Origin: Isurus oxyrinchus | Taxonomy: Eukaryota | Length of the DNA: 64,000 nt | Reading direction: 5' to 3' | Assembly: GCA_026770705.1 (NCBI GenBank) | Contig: JANJGN010000024.1 | Span: 14,694,001 to 14,758,000 of the forward strand | Shown: positions 58,501 to 64,000 of the stretch, one piece after another | How the letters are laid out: each line of letters opens with the position of its first letter | Position numbering within the stretch: position 1 is the stretch's first letter | Position numbers and translations under genes: made by a program | Notes under the pieces: model-generated | Told to the model about the DNA's origin: nothing | The model's input: only the letters and a program-made list of their open reading frames with translations | Database searches by the model: none

Positions 58501-61500
58501 TTCTTTCTTGGGATGTGAGCATTTCTTACCCATCCCTAATTGCCCCTTGAGAAGGTGGTGGTGAGCCGCCTTATTGAACTGTTGCAGTCCATGTGGTGTA
58601 GGTACACCCACAGTGCTGTTAGGGAGAGAGTTGCAGGATTTTGATCCAGGGACAGTGAAGGGACGGTGATATATTTCCAAGTCAGGATGCTGTGTGGCTT
58701 AGAGGGGAGCTTGCAGGTGGTGGTGTTTCCATGCATCTGCTGCCCTTGTTCTTCTAGGCGCTAGAGGTCGTGAATTTGGAAGGTGTTATTGAAGGAGCCT
58801 TGGCAAGTTGCTGCATTGCATCTTGTCGATGGCACACACTGCTGCCAGTGTGCATTGGTGGTGGAGGGAGTGAATGTTAAAAGTTGTGGATAGGGTGCTG
58901 ATCAAGCAGGCTGATTTGTCGAGCTTCTTGAGTTTTGTTGGAGCTGCCTCATCCAGGCAAGTGGAGGTTATTCCGTCACGGTCATGACTTGTGCCTTGTA
59001 GATGGCGGATAGACTTTGGGGAGTCAACAGGTGAGTTACTCGGCGCAGAGTTCCCAGCCTCTGATCTGATCAGCCACAGTATTTACACAGCCGGTCTAGT
59101 TCAGTTTCTGGTCAATGGTAACCCCAGTTACCATTGGTGATGGTAGGGGATTTAGTGATGGTAATGCCAGTCAATGTTATGGATGGATGGTTAGATTCTC
59201 TCTTGAAGGAGATGGTCATTGCCTGGCACTTGTGTGGCGTGAATGTTACTTGCCACTTATCAGCCCAAGCCTGAATGTTGTCCAGGTCTTGCTGCATATG
59301 AACAAAGACTGCTTCAGTATCTGAGGAGTTGCAAATGGCACTGAATAATCGTGAGCAAATGTTCTGACTTCTGAGAGAGAAGCTATTCAACTGCAGGAGT
59401 TAGTACAAACACAGGATTACTCTTGACAGTGATAAGCTATTGTTAAATTTATTGACTATAAAATGATGGATGTCTTGAAGTAATACAAAATTATTCCTCT
59501 ACTTAATGGGCTCTGGGAGGGGAAAATTGGTTTGATGGGAGGAGGATTGGGGGCAATTAAAAGGAAACATGGAATATTCCATAATTAAAGCTTTATGTAA
59601 TATGTATGCAGTGTCTCCATAGTCGGGAGTTGTTTGTCTTATTTTCTTTCTCATTTCAATTTCAGAATCAAGGCGGGTTTGTTGCTGCCCTCCTGAAGAA
59701 CTTTGAACAAGTGAAGGTGAGTAATCAGGAAAGGAGCTGGTTGAAAGATTTCTATTCAGCTAGCTGGAGCTGCACAAGGTGTGTGGGATGTGCCTGACTG
59801 TGGGCATCTGCAGTAATTCAGAATGGAGAAAGCTGCCTGTCGCTTAAGTTCTCCCCCAGTGCAGAGGAGACTGCATTGTGTGCAGCAAATGCAGTGTACC
59901 AAATTGAAGGAAGTACAAATAAATCGCTGCTTCACCTGGAAGGAAATAAAAATGGGATTACGATGGGGTTACCAAATGCAGATTGCGTGACTGTTTCGCA
60001 AACACCTCTGTTTAGTCTGACCCCACCAAGCATCCAGTGGCCTGTAACTTTAACTCTCCACCTTACTCTGATGTTGACATCTCTATCCTTGGCTTGTTGC
60101 ACCGTTCCAGCGAAGCTCAACATAAGCTTGAGGAACAGCATATCATCTTTTGATTAGGCACTTTTTTTTCCCTTATTCTTTCATGGGATGTGAGCTTTGC
60201 TGGCAAGGCCAACATCTGTTGTTCATCTCTAATTGCCCTTTAACTGAGTGACTTGCCAGGCCATTTCAGAGTTAAGAGTCAACCACATTGCTGTGGTTGG
60301 AGTCACATGTAGGCCAGACCAGGTAAGGATGGCAAATTTCTTTCCCTAAAGGACATTAGTGAACCAGATGGGTTTTTACCACAATCAGCAATTGTTTCAT
60401 GGTCACTGTTACTGAGAGCAGCTTTTAATTCCAGACTTAATAATTTAGTTTAAATTCCAAATTCCACCAGCTGCACAGTGGTTTTTGAAAATATGCCCCC
60501 GGAGTATTATAAAAGCAAAATGCTGTGGATGCTGGAAATCTGAAACAAAAACAGAAAATGCTGGAAAAACTCAGCAGGTCTGACAGCATCTGTGGGGATA
60601 GAAACAGAGTTAATGTTTCGAGTCCGTATGACTCTTCCTCAGATGTCCATGGTCGCCAACGCCCTCTTAAAGCATGGTGCCTGAAGGAGGAGGAGGAGCC
60701 ATAGTGGTTATGTTACTGGACTAGTAATCCAGGAGCTTGGACTAATGATTGGAGGCATAGAGCCCAATTTGAACCCTGAAGAAAGAGTCATACATACTCG
60801 AAACATTAACTCTGATTCTTTCTCCACAGATGCTGTCAGACCTGCTGAATTTTTCCAGCACTTTCTGTTTTTGTCCCCAGAGTATTAGCCTGGAATACCA
60901 GTTTGGTGACATTACCTCTACACCAGCATCTGCCCATAAAGCTTTAACGGCCTTCCAGAATCAATGTTGAATTCAGCAATTTCAGACCATAATCTTTTAT
61001 CCCCATTTTGTTTCCTTACTTGGTATCTTTTGGCTTTTCTCTTATTTTTACTTTCAACACGCCTACTCCCGGCACATCTCCTGTTTCTCCGTTTCTTTAC
61101 CTGCCCCTTCCCCATTCCCTTCGGCCATGCAAGACTAACTCTCCTGTTATTCAGCCTCTCCTGTCTTTCACTCCATCATAGACCTTCCTTATGACCTTGT
61201 CCCATCTGCCCCTTGATCAAATTCTATTACATTTCTAACTTTTCTCAGTTCTGATGAAAGGACATCAACTGGAAATGTTCACTTTGTTTCTGTTTCTACA
61301 GAAAGGAAAGGAGCTGACCTGCTGAGTATTTCCAGCATTTACTGTTCTTATATTAAACTCCCTCTGGTTCTTCTGGCAATTATCTTAGATTTATCCTCTG
61401 TGTGATAACCCTCCTGCCAGTCGAAGCAGTTTCTCCCCATCAGCTCATTAAAACCCTTTAAAAATTTGAAAGACGTCTATAAATCTCCCTTTCAAACTTC

Positions 61501-63244
61501 CCTGCTCTAAGGAGATTGATCCTGGCTTCTCTACTCTTTCCACATAACTGAAGTGCCTCACCTCTGTTAACATTCTCTCCATAACACCCTACCCAAGGCC
61601 TTGACCCTTCTTAAAGCTAGGGTTGCCAACTGTAATTAAATGTAGTCCTGGAGGTTTCATCACATGAGTTGCTCCCACCCTCCAGCCATTAGTCGGCCAA
61701 CACATCCATCCTTGTGACGCACAGCCTTCCTACGCCAATTGGAAAGCAAAGATTCATTACCCAAGTGGATGATTCTTGACTGTCAGTCAAACAGCCTTCC
61801 CCCTCCCCAACCACCCCCATTCTCAATATTTTTATATCTATTAAAGAGAAATTTCCAAAGAAAATTACAAAAATAGTCAATATTTTTTTATATCCTGATG
61901 ATTTTACAGCAGTGTCCTGGAGATTGATATTCAACTCCTGGAAGCTCCAGGCCAATCCCGGAGGGTTGGCAACCCAAATTAAAGTGAAGTACCTGAACTG
62001 GACAAAATTCTCCAGCTGAGACCTGACCATTGCTTTATTAGGAAATCCAAGTTTCACAGATTTCCTGTCCTCTACCATCTCTTAAGTTGATGTCAAGCCC
62101 CCGTGCGTCAATATCAGGCAGCCTGCTGATGGAACCCTTTCTTGCGAGAGGATGCTGTCCATGTCACCTGACTTCATGTTTGGTTGAGGCGGGAACATAG
62201 TGCAAGGATTAGTAATTTTTTCTACCCTGTGATTTACAAGGACACATTCCCTGGTGCCTAGCAACACTCGGTTGCTTTCCTTCAGTAATTTTCTCATTAT
62301 CCCTAAACTATCTGGCCTACTGTTAATTATGCTATTTATTGTAGCATTACAATTATAGTATAAACATCACACGTCAAAATCTAATCTATTCTATTACTCA
62401 TGCTGTCTTAATTTTATATTGTGCTTAATAACAGACAAAGCCCTGTTCTTCCTCCTCATCTCAATAAAGATTTCAGTTACCTGACAACAGGAATGTTTTA
62501 CCAGTGTTGTCTTGACAACCTGTCTTCAGTGAAGTGCTTGTCTTTCTAACTCAGGTGATCTCCATATTCCCACAGTACATATTAGCTATTATGTCAAGGA
62601 ATGTTAGTCATCTTATGTTAATATAAGCCTAAAATCTACAGGTGACAGACTATTTGACTATAGGACCATCACAAACTAGCCAGACTGTTCATCCATGGCT
62701 CTCGCACAGACTCTCTTCCAGGTGGAAAGCAATAAAAAGAGTAATAACCAAGGCTGTTGTTTTTTACAACCTTTCTGCCATCGTCGTTGCCATGGCAATG
62801 TGAGCAAAAAAAAATCTGGAAATGAAAACTAATCTTGGTAATGGTAACCATGCAACTATCATTGATTATTGTAAAAACCCATTTGGCTCGCTAATGTTCT
62901 TTAGGGAACAAAATCTGCCTGGCCTACATGTGACTGCAGACTCACAGCAATGTGGTTGACTCTCAAGGACAGTTAGGGACAAGCAGCAAGTGCTGATCTT
63001 GCCAGCAATGACCACATCCCATGAAAGAATTTTTAAAAAATGAGCCTTTGAGAGAAGCAAAAGCTTATTCCTAACAAAGGGGAATCTACCATTTTTCTTT
63101 TGTCTTCCCTCTAGGACGACTCTGAACTGAAGGAGGTCATCTGCTCTGCAAAACCTTTAATAAACCAAATTCCTATTGACAGCATAGCCCCTCATTGGAC
63201 AGATCTCCAGAAGAACACGGCCCTGACGATACTGCTGGCACATT
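42068..63244 (+). CDS. Unidentified multi-exon protein-coding gene, 3'-incomplete; exons 42068-42070 (tentative), 46811-46844, 48872-49034, 58078-58165, 59666-59716, 63115-63244
   Basis: Each internal exon has a pyrimidine-AG acceptor and a gtaag/gtgag donor. Phases chain 0-1-2-0-0-1 with no stops: [156 protein letters not shown]... Confidence 0.65.
45954..46315. mobile_element. hAT (Blackjack-like) MITE nested in a SINE
   Basis: TIRs gttgccaa / gttggcaaccc; homologous to 61618-61977 and ~52704-52960. Confidence 0.65.
47085..47815 (-). mobile_element. L2-type LINE 3' fragment
   Basis: [26 protein letters not shown] resembles the L2 ORF2 C-terminus. Confidence 0.7.
47840..48670 (-). mobile_element. 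CR1-like LINE 3' fragment
   Basis: [24 protein letters not shown]; same family as 9690 and 58500. Confidence 0.75.
49735..51020 (-). mobile_element. Decayed CR1 LINE
   Basis: [22 protein letters not shown] motifs. Confidence 0.9.
51856..51990. mobile_element. Small palindromic MITE, PIF/Harbinger-like
   Basis: Ends ggccgggattttccggccc / gggccagaaaactctgccc, internal gggaaaatttggagagc / gctctctaaattttccc, 3-bp ATA TSD. Confidence 0.65.
56627..56950 (-). mobile_element. Two tandem tRNA-derived SINEs (56627-56796, 56812-56950)
   Basis: Minus-strand A box tagccaagtgg and B box gttcaaatc. Target catgtaattatagat appears three times. Confidence 0.8.
58500..59350 (-). mobile_element. CR1-like LINE 3' fragment
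   Basis: [22 protein letters not shown]. Confidence 0.75.
60510..60874. mobile_element. Older palindromic mini-PLE with a ~130-bp foreign spacer
   Basis: Arms 60510-60643 and 60776-60874. TSD ccccggagtatta/ccccagagtatta. Confidence 0.85.
61618..61977. mobile_element. hAT (Blackjack-like) MITE
   Basis: TIRs tagggttgccaac / gttggcaaccc; degenerate 8-bp TSD. Confidence 0.7.
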
Positions 63245-63339
63245 GTAAGTTTTCTTCTCAATCAGGCTGCAACTTATGACGTACTTCAAAAAAAATTTAG
63301 CTTTTATAGGTCCTTTTGTGTTGTTTACGCCAACTCACT

Positions 63340-63795
63340 TCAATTGAGTGGAGCTCGCCACAACATTCAAGAATCTTGACACCATCCAGGATAAAGCAGT
63401 CCACTTGATGGGTGCCTTCAACATTCACTCCCTCCACCTTTATGCATACTAACAGCAGTGTGTGCCATCTACAAGATGCACTGCAGGAACTCACCAAGGC
63501 TCCTCAGACAGCACCTTCCAAACTCGCAACCTCTACCATCGAGAAGGACAAGGGCAGCAGATGAATGGAAACACCACCTCCTGCAAGTTCCCCTCAGCAT
63601 CCTGACTTGGAACTATATCGCCGTTCCTTCACTGTCGCTGGGTCAAAGCCCTGGAACACTCTCCCTAACAGCGCTGTGGGCGTACCTCCACATGCACTAC
63701 AGTGGTTCAAGAAGGCTGCTCACCAGCACCTTCTTGAGGGCAATTAGGGATGCGCAGTAAATACTGACCTAGCCAGTGATGCCCACAGCCTGTAA
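63340..63795 (+). mobile_element. CR1-like LINE 3' fragment
   Basis: Same family as 9690-9905. Confidence 0.7.
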
Positions 63796-64000
63796 ATAAA
63801 CATTTAAAAAAATTATTGTATCTTATTGTAGGTTAAGTTTATATCCGAATATCTTTTTTTGGGGAGCGGTTGAACAATACTTTGGGATAATAATTTGAGA
63901 CCTGACTTATTGGAAGTTTACTGCGCTCAGGAGCAACAGGTGCTTTTGCTCTTTTTATTTTGTCTGGCTGTATTGTAGACTCATTGATAGAGATTGATCA

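Noticed and set aside
42068-63244. Calling the + strand gene FOXR1 on synteny alone
   Set aside because: No forkhead domain or recognisable FOXR1 N-terminal similarity in the predicted exons.

Overview
Eukaryotic (vertebrate) genomic DNA; the repeat landscape suggests a shark or other cartilaginous fish (inference). It carries the conserved TRAPPC4 - RPS25 - CENATAC/CCDC84 block: TRAPPC4 exon 1 (-), a complete RPS25 (+) with an apparent 1-nt assembly error, and CENATAC exons 2-12 (-). A six-exon, phase-consistent + strand coding gene that I cannot identify follows and runs off the right edge. The region is heavily invaded by a young Neptune-type Penelope-like retroelement (PLE; RT + GIY-YIG) whose terminal repeat folds as a minimal hammerhead ribozyme. 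This element repeatedly forms TSD-flanked, asymmetric fold-back insertions from about 0.2 to 3.3 kb. CR1/L2 LINEs, SINEs and MITEs fill the rest. Main leads: (i) the palindromic ribozyme-bearing mini-PLE system, with core drift CUGANGA>CUGUUGA>CUGUCGA; (ii) a candidate competing U2/U12 splice-site switch in CENATAC intron 5; (iii) a PLE inserted inside a ZNF143-motif array, in a TRAPPC4/RPS25 head-to-head interval now about 10 kb long; (iv) the unidentified gene. Two N-gaps lie at 29606-29752 and 40274-40373. All coordinates were read by eye.
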